Source: Terriglobia bacterium (GTDB lineage: Bacteria > Acidobacteriota > Terriglobia > Acidiferrales > UBA7541). From it: a DNA stretch of 64,000 bases. Under the pieces are notes generated by a model, which was given only the letters and a program-made list of their open reading frames with translations, was not told the origin of the DNA and ran no database searches. Position numbers and translations under genes: made by a program. Below are positions 30,507-40,103 of this stretch, one piece after another (position 1 is the first letter of the stretch; every line of letters starts with the position of its first letter). Location: assembly GCA_963695545.1 (NCBI GenBank), contig OY968796.1:3904001-3968000 (forward strand). The letters run 5' to 3'.

Positions 30507-31558
30507 TTACGGACGTCTATATCCTGTTCGATTGCGGCGACGGAAGAAACACCTTCGATTTGGCGCATCGAGCATTCCCCATCACGAAACCTTGTCTTAA
30601 GCATGGAAAGATCGGTAGGCCGTGATTGCATGACTTTGGCCACAGCTTTCAGAAATTCCCAGCTATGCGTGGACGCGAAGAGTTGGACCTTATACGAATC
30701 GCAGAACTCCACGAGAGTCGCAAACATCTTCTCGTAATCAAGAAAATAGAAACCGTTGTCAATTTCATCGACAAGGAGCGCCCCGCCCGGATTAAGACAA
30801 ACCCCCAGCAACAAGCCTACGAACTTATTTATTCCGGAAGAGACGAGCGCTAGCGGTATTTTGGCTTTGAGTCCTCGAACCAATGTCCATATTTGCTGTT
30901 GTCCCGAGATGCTTTCTGAACTTAGATCAAAAATATCGGGATAGATTTTGTTTATCGTCCGAACGATGTTTTCTTTCTCCCCGCGAATGCTAAGCATCGA
31001 CAGTCGCTCCGACGTTTCTTTGGAACCAGTCTGCGCCGAAGCTGCAAAGTAAATTCCTGGATACAAGGGGGGCGGAGCCTGCGCCACTATCTGCCCATTT
31101 ACAATCATTAGAGGACAATCGAATTCGTTCTCGCCGACCTTCCAGCGGAAGTGTATGGGATGCACCATCGGATTGGCCGCCGGATGAGAGCCCAACATTT
31201 CCATACTGGCCTGGGCAGTAGACCCATAGGCGATATTCAGATGCCGCGAACCCAACTCAGAGTCCATGATTTGAATAAGAGCGCCAGATTCCAAAGAGGG
31301 ATTGTGGAAAACGTCTCTGAAAAATGCCTCGTAACTCAGCCTGTCGCCGCTCAACTGGATTTGCTGCTCGCCCATTCCACGAAAATGTCGCATCCGGAAA
31401 TATATTTCTGGACTGATGCCGCACTGAATCCAGAGTGCCTCTAGGAACGCAGTCTTTCCGCTCCCGCTCTCACCTATCAGGACGTTAAAGCGTGGAAGAT
31501 TGGCCAACGATACGTTTTTGAATCCGCGAAAATTTGAAATCTCCAGAGACTCAATCAT
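30503..31558 (-). CDS. AAA_15/AAA_21-type (ABC-fold) ATPase
   Basis: MIESLEISNFRGF, Walker A GESGSGKT, signature VSSG, Walker B LLVDEIDNG, H-loop STHS. Confidence 0.9.
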   Translation of the reverse strand: MIESLEISNFRGFKNVSLANLPRFNVLIGESGSGKTAFLEALWIQCGISPEIYFRMRHFRGMGEQQIQLSGDRLSYEAFFRDVFHNPSLESGALIQIMDSELGSRHLNIAYGSTAQASMEMLGSHPAANPMVHPIHFRWKVGENEFDCPLMIVNGQIVAQAPPPLYPGIYFAASAQTGSKETSERLSMLSIRGEKENIVRTINKIYPDIFDLSSESISGQQQIWTLVRGLKAKIPLALVSSGINKFVGLLLGVCLNPGGALLVDEIDNGFYFLDYEKMFATLVEFCDSYKVQLFASTHSWEFLKAVAKVMQSRPTDLSMLKTRFRDGECSMRQIEGVSSVAAIEQDIDVRK

Positions 31559-31617
31559 CAGATAGTCCTTCGCGACCTCGCGGTAGTCTTGGACGAGCGG
31601 GAATTGACTTTTCAGAG

Positions 31618-31836
31618 ATGACACGGCGCACTCCTAATGCTGTTTCACGAAAGCCGCTACTCTCCGAACCTTCCGCCGAGAACGAACAGAGCGAATGTGC
31701 GACGTTTGGCGACGCACTGGAGAAGGTTTTATCCGTCTCCCCTTCCAAAGTAAAGCGGCAAATCGAAAACACGAAGCCTAAGAGAAAAGCACCCGCCTTT
31801 CCTCCTTCCGGGCGGGTGACGCGGCCCTCGATCTGA
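31618..31836 (+). CDS. Small basic hypothetical protein
   Basis: 72-aa ORF divergent from the ATPase with an amphipathic FGDALEKVLSVS..KVK segment; coding status uncertain. Confidence 0.35.
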   Translation: MTRRTPNAVSRKPLLSEPSAENEQSECATFGDALEKVLSVSPSKVKRQIENTKPKRKAPAFPPSGRVTRPSI

Positions 31837-32129
31837 ATGTGGCCTGAACTTCGCGGAGCAAAGGGCGGTGCAGTCCAATTTCAAATCTGCTCTCAGCGCT
31901 TCCGCAATTCGAATGAATTTCCACAGCCTATTCGAATAGCCTATGAATTACTATTGCCGGGAAGTTTATAGATGTGCTATCCTTTAGTATGAGCTGCAAA
32001 CGCACACTGTCGCTGGCCGCACCGAAGCCCGCCGAAGGTGGACGTGTCTATTCCCGCGATCCATCACCCGCCACAAGCCACTCGCGACGCACCCTCGCGC
32101 GTGACTCTTTGATGTCCCGAAGTGACGCT

Positions 32130-32282
32130 CTAACGCACTCTAATTTCAACGACTTACAAAAGAGTGCGCATCTCATTGAGAATATTGATGATCAAGTTCC
32201 TTTGTCTTCACACTCATCCACACTCTTTCCCCGCAGCCCTTTTATTTTCAATACTTTAACAAAAACATACCGGGGGTGTATA
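32130..32282. repeat. AT-rich intergenic element related to the 6806-6930 element
   Basis: Ends in CAAAAACATACCGGGGGTG (cf. CAAAAAACACCCGGGGGTA, minus strand at ~6806-6824); internal inverted repeat CGCACTCT/AGAGTGCG. Confidence 0.5.
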
Positions 32283-32354
32283 TACGCCCGCCTCGCCGAA
32301 AACCTAAAATATCACTTGAGGTTTCCACGCCACTTCCCGCAAACCTCCCGCCCT

Positions 32355-33468
32355 CTATTGTTTGCGCGAAATGAGGAACTCGTGGATGAATGGGTCGATA
32401 TCGCCGTCGAGGACGCGGTCGACGTCGCCCATTTCAAATTTTGTGCGGTGATCCTTCACCAACCGGTAGGGTTGCAGCGTGTACGTTCGGATCTGGCTGC
32501 CGAAACTGATATCCATCTTGGATTCGTCCATCTTGCGGGTTTCCTCGCGGCGCTTTTCGATCTCGAGCGCGTAGAGTTTCGAGCGCAGCATCTTCATCGC
32601 GAGTTCGCGATTTTTGTGCTGGCTGCGCTCGGCCTGGCATTGCACCACGATGCCGCTGGGAAGGTGCGTGAAACGCACCGCGGTTTCCACCTTATTCACG
32701 TTCTGCCCGCCATGGCCGCCGGCGCGAAACGTGTCGATGCGCAGCTCTTCGGGTTTCACCACGATCTCGATGTTGTCGTCAATTTCGGGAATCGCAAACA
32801 CCGACGCGAACGAGGTGTGCCGCCGCGCGGCTTGATCGAACGGCGAAATGCGAATCAGCCGATGCACGCCGCTTTCGGTTGCGAGCAAACCGTAGGCGTT
32901 TTCGCCCTCGACGCGCACCGTGGCGGATTTGATGCCGGCGGTTTCGCCGGGCGTTTGATCGATCACCGTGGCCCTGAATCCTTTGCGCTCCGCCCATCGG
33001 AGATACATGCGCAGAAGCATCTCGGCCCAGTCCTGCGATTCGGTGCCGCCGGCGCCTGGCTTGATTGTGAGAATGGCGTTCGAGTGGTCCGCTTCGCCAG
33101 AAAGCAGCACGGACGTTTCAAGGTCGGCGGCATATTTCTCGGAGCTGTCGAGCTCGCCGGCGATTTCCGCGATCAGGGTTTCGCGCTTCGCAGCGTCGGA
33201 TTCTTCGGCAGCCAAATGCAAATAAGTTTCGAGGTCGCTTTCGATCGCGGAAAGTTTCTCCGCGGCGCGCACCCGTTCTTCGACCTTCTTCCGCTCGGAC
33301 AAAGTTTTCTGCGCCTGCTCCTGGTTCTGCCAGAAATCGGGCGCGGCAACGCGCTCTTCCAATTGATTCAGGATTTTTTGCTGGCCGGGCAGGTCAAAGA
33401 TAACTCCGCACCCGCGCCGTGCGCTCGCGGAGTTGGTCGTAGCGATGCTGGAGATCTTCAATGATCAT
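32355..33468 (-). CDS. prfB: Peptide chain release factor 2 with programmed +1 frameshift
   Basis: MIIEDLQ...RSYL then CTT-TGA-C; downstream frame has SPF and GGQ motifs. Confidence 0.97.
33393..33408 (-). promoter_or_regulatory. prfB +1 frameshift site
   Basis: CGGAGT TAT CTT TGA C: SD-like element just upstream of the slippery CTT-TGA. Confidence 0.9.
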
Positions 33469-35075
33469 GCGCGTGCCGATTTCTGCTTGTTCTTTTTCCG
33501 ATCCCTCTCGCTCGACTTTTCCTGCTCCCCTGCCGTTTGCGTTGGGGGCGAATGCGCGAAGCGCCAATCGACGATCGCAAGCGCGAAGAATGTCACGATC
33601 AACGAGAGCCACGGCAACCAATCGCCATGACGCACGTAAAACGTCAGATCGCTACGAAACGCGTACGGCGCGTCAAGCTCGCCGCGTTCATCCGGCGCCA
33701 ATCGCGCGACGATTCGGCCGTACGGATCGATCGAAGCCGTGTAGCCATTGTTGGTATCGCGCAAAAGCCAGCGCCGACTTTCCACGGCGCGCACGCGCGC
33801 GGCTTCCAGATGCGAGACCGGCGCGGCCGACCGCCCGAACCAGCCGTCGTTCGAGATGTTGATCAAAAGCTCGGCGCCGTTGGCGGTGAACTGGCGAATT
33901 TCACCGGGGAAAATCGCCTCGTAGCAGATGAAAACCGAGTATCGACCGCCCGGCAGCGTGCCGACGCTGCGCACCTTGCCGCGCTGAAATTCGCCCAGGT
34001 CCGCCGTGAGATGGCCGGCAAAGCGCAAAATATTCCGCCACGGCACGAATTCGCCGAACGGAACAAGATGAATCTTATCATAGACGAAAATTTCGGTGCC
34101 CGCGGGATCGAGCTGCACCGCGCTGTTGTACGGCAGCTCGCGGCCGCCCGGCGCGCGCTTCCAATCGACGGCGCCGAGAATGAAATTGGTCGACGCTTCC
34201 TGCGCGATGCGCGCCGCGCGCTGCGCGAACGGCGGGTCCTGCATGGAAAATGGCGCCGGCGTTTCGGGCCAGACGATGGGCCCCGGCTCAAGCCGCGCGG
34301 CGGAAACGCTCAGTTGCTCGAGGTCGTCGAGGTCCGCGCGGTGAATGGCCATCCAATCGTACGGATACTCCATCGACTGCGGAAAATCGGGCTGCACCAG
34401 ATGAGCCACGCGCTCAGGCTGCGCCGCCGGCACGAATCGCGCGCCAACCAAAGCGACGAGAATCAACACCGCGGCGACCGTCGCCACCCACAGCGCCGCC
34501 CGCCGACTGCGCGCCGGCGTCTGAAGGATCGCCCAGAAAACCAGCGCGTTGAACGCGGCGACGAGGAGAGAAAGGCCGTAAATCCCGGTGATCGTCGTGA
34601 TCTGAACCAGCGCCAGGCTGCGTGCCGCCGCGTAGCCCAGCAAATTCCACGGAAAGCCGATGTTCGGAAAGCGATCGAACAAATATTCGGTAGTGACCCA
34701 CAGAAACGGCGCAACCAACGCCACTTTTTTTGCGCCGCCGCGGCCCCAAAGGCTCACGCCGGCGGCGAAGAGCATCTTAAAAACCGAAGACGCACCGGCC
34801 ATGATCAGCATCACGCCGGCCGCTTGCCACACCGGCAGCGGTCCCCATTGTCGAAGCACGGTGTAAATCCACGGCGTCGAAATAAAATAGAACGCCATGC
34901 CGTAGAGAAATCCGCACAGCGCCGCAAGCCCCACGCTCGCGCCGTACGCGGCGAGCATCAAGCCCGCAACCGAGAACCAAGCGAGCAGCGGGAGATTGAA
35001 ATTCGGGAACGCGAAAGCCAGCGCCGCGCCCGACGCCACGGCCAGAACGAGGCGCACGCTTCGAGGGAGATTCAT
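33465..35075 (-). CDS. lnt: Apolipoprotein N-acyltransferase
   Basis: GFPWNLLGY, VWPE, YDKIHLVPFGEF, ICYE, ISNDGWF. Confidence 0.96.
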   Translation of the reverse strand: MNLPRSVRLVLAVASGAALAFAFPNFNLPLLAWFSVAGLMLAAYGASVGLAALCGFLYGMAFYFISTPWIYTVLRQWGPLPVWQAAGVMLIMAGASSVFKMLFAAGVSLWGRGGAKKVALVAPFLWVTTEYLFDRFPNIGFPWNLLGYAAARSLALVQITTITGIYGLSLLVAAFNALVFWAILQTPARSRRAALWVATVAAVLILVALVGARFVPAAQPERVAHLVQPDFPQSMEYPYDWMAIHRADLDDLEQLSVSAARLEPGPIVWPETPAPFSMQDPPFAQRAARIAQEASTNFILGAVDWKRAPGGRELPYNSAVQLDPAGTEIFVYDKIHLVPFGEFVPWRNILRFAGHLTADLGEFQRGKVRSVGTLPGGRYSVFICYEAIFPGEIRQFTANGAELLINISNDGWFGRSAAPVSHLEAARVRAVESRRWLLRDTNNGYTASIDPYGRIVARLAPDERGELDAPYAFRSDLTFYVRHGDWLPWLSLIVTFFALAIVDWRFAHSPPTQTAGEQEKSSERDRKKNKQKSARA

Positions 35076-35121
35076 ACCGTAGATATTGTAGGCGGAATCA
35101 GGCGGCTCGCGCGAAGGCAAA

Positions 35122-35892
35122 CTAGCGTTTCAGGATGGATTTGAAACCCTGGCTTTCGAGTTGCTTCTGCGCCGCGGCCGCGGCTTCCGCGCTGGCATAG
35201 GGGCCAACTTGAACGCGGTAATACTTGTCGGCGCTGGCAGGAAGTACAAACGCGGGAAATTTTCGTTGCTGAAGCGCCTGCGCTACGGCTAACGCATCGC
35301 TTTCTTTTTCGAGCGCGGCGACCTGCAACATGATCGCGCCCTTCGGAATGAGCGGCGAACCGACGGTCACTTTGGATGCCGCCGGCGTCGCGGGCTTGGC
35401 CGCGGGTTTCGCCGCAGGTTTTGCGGCCGCGCCCGGAGCGCTGCTGGCAGAATGCGCCGCCGGAGTCGCCGCGGAGCCTGAAGATGAAGCAACAGGCTTG
35501 GCCGGTTTCGCAGGCTTCGAGGCCGGCGCGGGCACGAGCGTGTCGTTGGCGGGCTTGGAATCCGATGAGTGGTAGAAACTCCAGTCCGTCGCGCGCGGCG
35601 CGCCCGGTTTTCCGGACGCAGCCGGCGCCGCCGGAGCGCTCGACGCGGCGGGATTCGATTCGTCCGCCGAATCAGACGCCGGCGGCGCGATCGCTGGATC
35701 AGCTGAGGCCGCGTCGGCCGAATCGTCGGCGCGGATGGCCGCGATGTGCGCCTGTGAATCGCCCTGGCCGCGGCCGAGCAAATAGCCAAGCGTGAATACC
35801 ACGCCGAACAGGACGGCCAGCAAAATGAACAAGCCAAAAAGGTGCCTGCTTTCCAGCACCATTTCGCCGCGCCCGTTCTTTTTCGCCGCCAT
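35122..35892 (-). CDS. SPOR domain protein (single TM plus Ala/Pro linker)
   Basis: N-terminal TM; LQVAA...YYRVQVGPY at the C-terminus. Confidence 0.88.
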   Translation of the reverse strand: MAAKKNGRGEMVLESRHLFGLFILLAVLFGVVFTLGYLLGRGQGDSQAHIAAIRADDSADAASADPAIAPPASDSADESNPAASSAPAAPAASGKPGAPRATDWSFYHSSDSKPANDTLVPAPASKPAKPAKPVASSSGSAATPAAHSASSAPGAAAKPAAKPAAKPATPAASKVTVGSPLIPKGAIMLQVAALEKESDALAVAQALQQRKFPAFVLPASADKYYRVQVGPYASAEAAAAAQKQLESQGFKSILKR

Positions 35893-35938
35893 TATTTTTT
35901 TGCCGTCCGCCGCGGCGGACTCCCCTGGCCTGCAACTA

Positions 35939-36709
35939 CTACTTCTTATCGGAGAACGTCTTCACCCACGCGTTCACGATATCGATCGGCAGCGGGAAGA
36001 CGATCGTGGTGTTCTTCTCCGTGCCGATTTCGGTCAAGGTCTGCAGGTAGCGCAGCTGAATCGCTGCGGGCTCGGTCTCAAGCATCTTGGCCGCCTGCGC
36101 GAGCTTCGAGGAAGCCTCAAATTCGCCTTCCGCGTGGATCACCTTCGCGCGGCGCTCGCGCTCGGCTTCGGCCTGACGCGCGATGGCGCGCTGCATCTGC
36201 TCCGGAATATCCACCTGCTTCACTTCAACCTTCGTGACTTTAATACCCCAGGGCTCGGTATCCTGGTCAAGGATGATCTGAAGTTTGCTGTTGACCTTTT
36301 CGCGTTCGGCGAGGATCTCGTCGAGCTCGAATTGGCCGACGATGCTGCGCAATGTCGTCTGGGCCTTCTGCGAAGTGGCGTACAGATAATTTTGCACCTG
36401 CGAAAGCGCAAGATTGGCGTCCACCACGCGGAAATAGCAGACCGCGTTCACTTTCACCGACACGTTGTCGCGCGTGATGATGTCCTGCGCCGGGACGTCG
36501 AGCGTCTCGATCCGCAAAGAAATCCGATAAAGCGTTTCGATGGGCCAGAAAACCAGGCGCAGCCCCGCGCCCTTGGCTTGCGGGATCATGCGTCCGAGGC
36601 GCAGAACCACGCCGCGCTCCCATTCCTTGAGCACGTAGAGCGAATTCCAGATCCAGATCAGAAAAATAAATACGCAAAACAGCCCGCCGTACAAACCAAA
36701 ATCCATCAT
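35939..36709 (-). CDS. SPFH/slipin (stomatin-like) protein
   Basis: ITRDNVSVKVNA, AQTTLRS, AEAERERRAK, LRYLQTL. Confidence 0.94.
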   Translation of the reverse strand: MMDFGLYGGLFCVFIFLIWIWNSLYVLKEWERGVVLRLGRMIPQAKGAGLRLVFWPIETLYRISLRIETLDVPAQDIITRDNVSVKVNAVCYFRVVDANLALSQVQNYLYATSQKAQTTLRSIVGQFELDEILAEREKVNSKLQIILDQDTEPWGIKVTKVEVKQVDIPEQMQRAIARQAEAERERRAKVIHAEGEFEASSKLAQAAKMLETEPAAIQLRYLQTLTEIGTEKNTTIVFPLPIDIVNAWVKTFSDKK

Positions 36710-36768
36710 GTTCCCCTCCCTGCGCAATCACCGCTGCTGCTATCGTGCCCTCTCGAAATCCTGAAATC

Positions 36769-38226
36769 TCAATCGGCCGACGGATGGCCGTCCGCCAGCT
36801 TGACGTGCAGCGTGAGTCCCTCGACGCGCACGACACGAACGTGCGCGGCGACCGCGATCGCTTCGTGCGACGTTGCGCGCCAGAGTTCGCCGTGCATGCG
36901 CACCATCCCGGAAAACAGGCCGGCGGTTTCAGCCGGCGCGAATGCCTCGGTAACCTCCGCATCGCGGCCGACAAGTTGCTCCGCGCCGACCGCGGGTCGC
37001 CATGCGCGCGAACGCAAAACCAAACGCATCAGGAAAATTACGATCACGGCGGACGGTATCGTGACGCCCAATGCCGTTCCGAGGCTGACGCCCGCGCCCG
37101 TGATCGGCGAATGTATCAGCATCAGCGCACCGAGCAGCATGGCCACAATCCCGCCCACGGCCAGAACGCCGTGGCTGGTGTATTTCGCCTCGAGGATGAA
37201 AAGGACCAGCGCCAGCACCACCAGCAGCAGACCCGCAAAGTTTACCGGAAGAATGTGCATCGCGAACAGGGCCAGAACCAGAGCGATGCCGCCGATTACT
37301 CCGGGCGCGACCATGCCGGGATGCGTGAACTCGGCGTAGAGGCCAAGCACGCCGACGAGCAGCAGGATGAAAAACGCGTCCGGTTCGACGATGCGCGAGA
37401 GAAATCGCTGGCGCAAGGACATGTCGTACTCGGTGAGCTCGGCGCCGGCCAGCGACAATTTTTGGGTTTGGCCGTCGAAGCGCGTGATGGTGCGGCCATC
37501 GAGCTGGGCGAACAAATCGGCATTCGATTTGGCGACGACGTCGATGAGCTTGCCGTCAAGCGCTTCGGTTTCAGTGAAGGCCTTCGCGTCGGTGACCGCG
37601 GTCTCAGCAAGCGGAACGTTGCGGCCGCGTTTTCCGGCGTAGCTGCGGAGGAACGCGGTGGCGTCGTTCAGAATTTTATTCTTGAGCGTTTCGTCCATGT
37701 TCACGGGATAGCCGCCGACCTCGATGATCGGCGAAGCGGCGCCGGTGTGCGTGGCCGGAGCCATCGCGGCGACGTCGGCCGAAAGCAAAATATAAAAACC
37801 GGCGGACGCGCCGCGCGCGCCCGAAGGAGAAACGTAAACAACCACGGGCACCGGCGAATCGAGGATGTGTTGAATGATGTCTTCCATCGAATCTTCAAGG
37901 CCGCCCGGCGTGTCCATGGTGATCAGAATGAGATTCGCGTGCGCGTCGGCGGCGTGTTGCATACCGTCGTCGAGATACTCGGCAAGGATGGGTTCGATTT
38001 CGCCGTCGATGTGCATCACGACAACTTGAGGCGCCGAAGATTGAGGCGCGGGCGGTGGCGCGGGCGACGCAGCGGGCGCTACGAATGCCAAAAGCGCAAT
38101 CACACCGAGCACGGCGCAGAGTGGCGCCGCCGCACGACGCCGCCGGAACGCGTGCCGCACAACGGCCGCGGTCCCGGACTCGGGCCCGCGCCTGTGTGTG
38201 CCACGAAAATGCTCGCCGCGATTCAT
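36769..38226 (-). CDS. NfeD family membrane-bound serine protease
   Basis: DTPGG, ASAG, GAASP ClpP-like domain, TM region and C-terminal OB fold (GELWRA). Confidence 0.92.
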   Translation of the reverse strand: MNRGEHFRGTHRRGPESGTAAVVRHAFRRRRAAAPLCAVLGVIALLAFVAPAASPAPPPAPQSSAPQVVVMHIDGEIEPILAEYLDDGMQHAADAHANLILITMDTPGGLEDSMEDIIQHILDSPVPVVVYVSPSGARGASAGFYILLSADVAAMAPATHTGAASPIIEVGGYPVNMDETLKNKILNDATAFLRSYAGKRGRNVPLAETAVTDAKAFTETEALDGKLIDVVAKSNADLFAQLDGRTITRFDGQTQKLSLAGAELTEYDMSLRQRFLSRIVEPDAFFILLLVGVLGLYAEFTHPGMVAPGVIGGIALVLALFAMHILPVNFAGLLLVVLALVLFILEAKYTSHGVLAVGGIVAMLLGALMLIHSPITGAGVSLGTALGVTIPSAVIVIFLMRLVLRSRAWRPAVGAEQLVGRDAEVTEAFAPAETAGLFSGMVRMHGELWRATSHEAIAVAAHVRVVRVEGLTLHVKLADGHPSAD

Positions 38227-40073
38227 GGAGTGCCTCCGGTTTCCGCGTTGGCATCGAGCTTATCGAGCAATTGCTGGGCCGGCGCATTTGCCGGATCGAT
38301 CGCGAGCGCCTGATGCAATTGATCGCGCGCGTCGGCGGTGCGATTCATCTCGATCAGCAACTGCGCCATCTCGACGTGCGTTGGCGCGTCGTTCAAATTC
38401 GATACGGCGTCGCCCAGTTCATGCAGCGCGTCGGCGGGGCGGCCTTCCCGACGATAAACTTCCGCGAGTCCGCGGTGCGCCGCGGCATCATAAGGGGCCG
38501 AGAGCAACGCTTCGGTGAAGGCGCGCTGCGCGTCGTCAAGATCGGCGGACGCGAGAAATTGCTGGCCGCGCTGGAGATGCAATGCGAGCGCATCCTGCGG
38601 AGCGCCCGCCGGCTGCTGGCCTGTCGCAGCCGCGCTAACTTCACCTCCGGGTCGCAGCCAGGCGCGATCAAGGCGCGGCGAAATACGCGCGAGCGCGGTC
38701 CACGACGCAACGTCACTCGAAGATTTTGCGGCTTGCGATTTGCGCGCGACGGCGTTGGGCGCGGCCGCTGTGCGTGGAGGCGAAGCCGAGGCGGGCGATG
38801 CTTCGGACGTGATCTTCTCGATCGCGCTGCGAACGCCGGTGTCGTCCGGAGCGAGTTTCTGCGTAGCGCGCAAATCGGCGGCGGCCTGCGCGGCGTCGCC
38901 GCCGAGAAATTGTGCGATGCCCAGATTGAACATGAAATCGGGAGCGTCGGGCGCCATTTGCGTGGCGCGTTCAAATTGAGCGGCGGCGTCGGGGAAGCTG
39001 CCGATGCGCAGATAGGCGACGCCTAAATCGTTACGCGCTTCGGGGAGATCGAGCCCAGCGGGCGCATCGTGAGCATCCGACGCGCCGGATGCGGGCGGCG
39101 CTTCGGTCTGCGCGTGAGAATCACCACCAGGCGAATTTTTCACTGCAAGAAAGATGTCGCGGTCGAGCACATCCTGAAAAGACGATGCGGCGCGGCTCGC
39201 GTCATTTTCGAGCAAGTGACATACGCCGGCGTCAAAACTCGCTTCGACGCCGCGCGGGCGATCCGGCGGAACGCGTGAGAACCACACCAGCGCGGACTCG
39301 CAATCGCGGCGCTCGAATTCTTCGAGGCCCAACTCAAACGCCGGAAGATCCCAATCGGGCTCGAGGCGCGCGGCGTCGCGCAGATCGTGAAGGCGCTGAT
39401 CGTCGCCGGGGCCGGTGACGGCGCGAATGTAGGTTTGAAATGCATCGAGATTCGACGGCGGACGTTTCGGGTCGATCACACTGGCGGGCGGAGCGCCACC
39501 GGGACACGCGCCGGGGTCCAGCGCGCACACGAGCGAGCCGGCGAGATGCGCATTGAGCGGAAGTAGATTCGCGAGCGGGCCCGAGGTGGAGAGCGCATCG
39601 GACAACGCCGGCGGATCAAGACGCAGCGCGCGCGCGGTCACCGAGATCGATTTTCCGTCGGAGGTGAATGAACCGAAAACAACGTCACTCGCGCCAACTT
39701 CGCGGCCGATTTCGATCATGGTCGCTACGCTGAACTGCGCCGAGCTGGGCAGGCCCATGCGTTCGAGCGCGTCAAGGCGATCCTCGCGCGAAAACACGAA
39801 CCGCGACTCGCCGTCGAGTCGATCGACGGTGAGCTCCGCCAGTCCCTCGCTGAGCCATTCAAGGCTTGCCATGTGGCTTCGATTTTCAAAGGGAAACACG
39901 AGAATTGTTTGCACCGGCGGTTGATCGGCAGGGGCAGCCTGCGACGTCGCGGAAGGCGCCGCAGAGTCTGGAGGGGACGTGGGTTGCCGCGAATCGTTCG
40001 GCGGACGCGGCGAGCTACCTAGCACGCCCGTAAGTACGCCAAGAACTGCGAGCTCGATCCAGTACTGCGCCAT
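38223..40073 (-). CDS. Exported TPR protein with N-terminal TolB_N/FlgO-like domain
   Basis: ILVFPFENRS...LEWLSEGL; multiple TPRs (EARNDLGVAY). Confidence 0.8.
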   Translation of the reverse strand: MAQYWIELAVLGVLTGVLGSSPRPPNDSRQPTSPPDSAAPSATSQAAPADQPPVQTILVFPFENRSHMASLEWLSEGLAELTVDRLDGESRFVFSREDRLDALERMGLPSSAQFSVATMIEIGREVGASDVVFGSFTSDGKSISVTARALRLDPPALSDALSTSGPLANLLPLNAHLAGSLVCALDPGACPGGAPPASVIDPKRPPSNLDAFQTYIRAVTGPGDDQRLHDLRDAARLEPDWDLPAFELGLEEFERRDCESALVWFSRVPPDRPRGVEASFDAGVCHLLENDASRAASSFQDVLDRDIFLAVKNSPGGDSHAQTEAPPASGASDAHDAPAGLDLPEARNDLGVAYLRIGSFPDAAAQFERATQMAPDAPDFMFNLGIAQFLGGDAAQAAADLRATQKLAPDDTGVRSAIEKITSEASPASASPPRTAAAPNAVARKSQAAKSSSDVASWTALARISPRLDRAWLRPGGEVSAAATGQQPAGAPQDALALHLQRGQQFLASADLDDAQRAFTEALLSAPYDAAAHRGLAEVYRREGRPADALHELGDAVSNLNDAPTHVEMAQLLIEMNRTADARDQLHQALAIDPANAPAQQLLDKLDANAETGGTP

Positions 40074-40103
40074 GCGAGGTTATTGTAACAGAACGGTGGA
40101 TCG

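Noticed and set aside
31974..33464. 496-aa plus-strand ORF
   Set aside because: Reads through the AT-rich repeat element and then antisense to prfB
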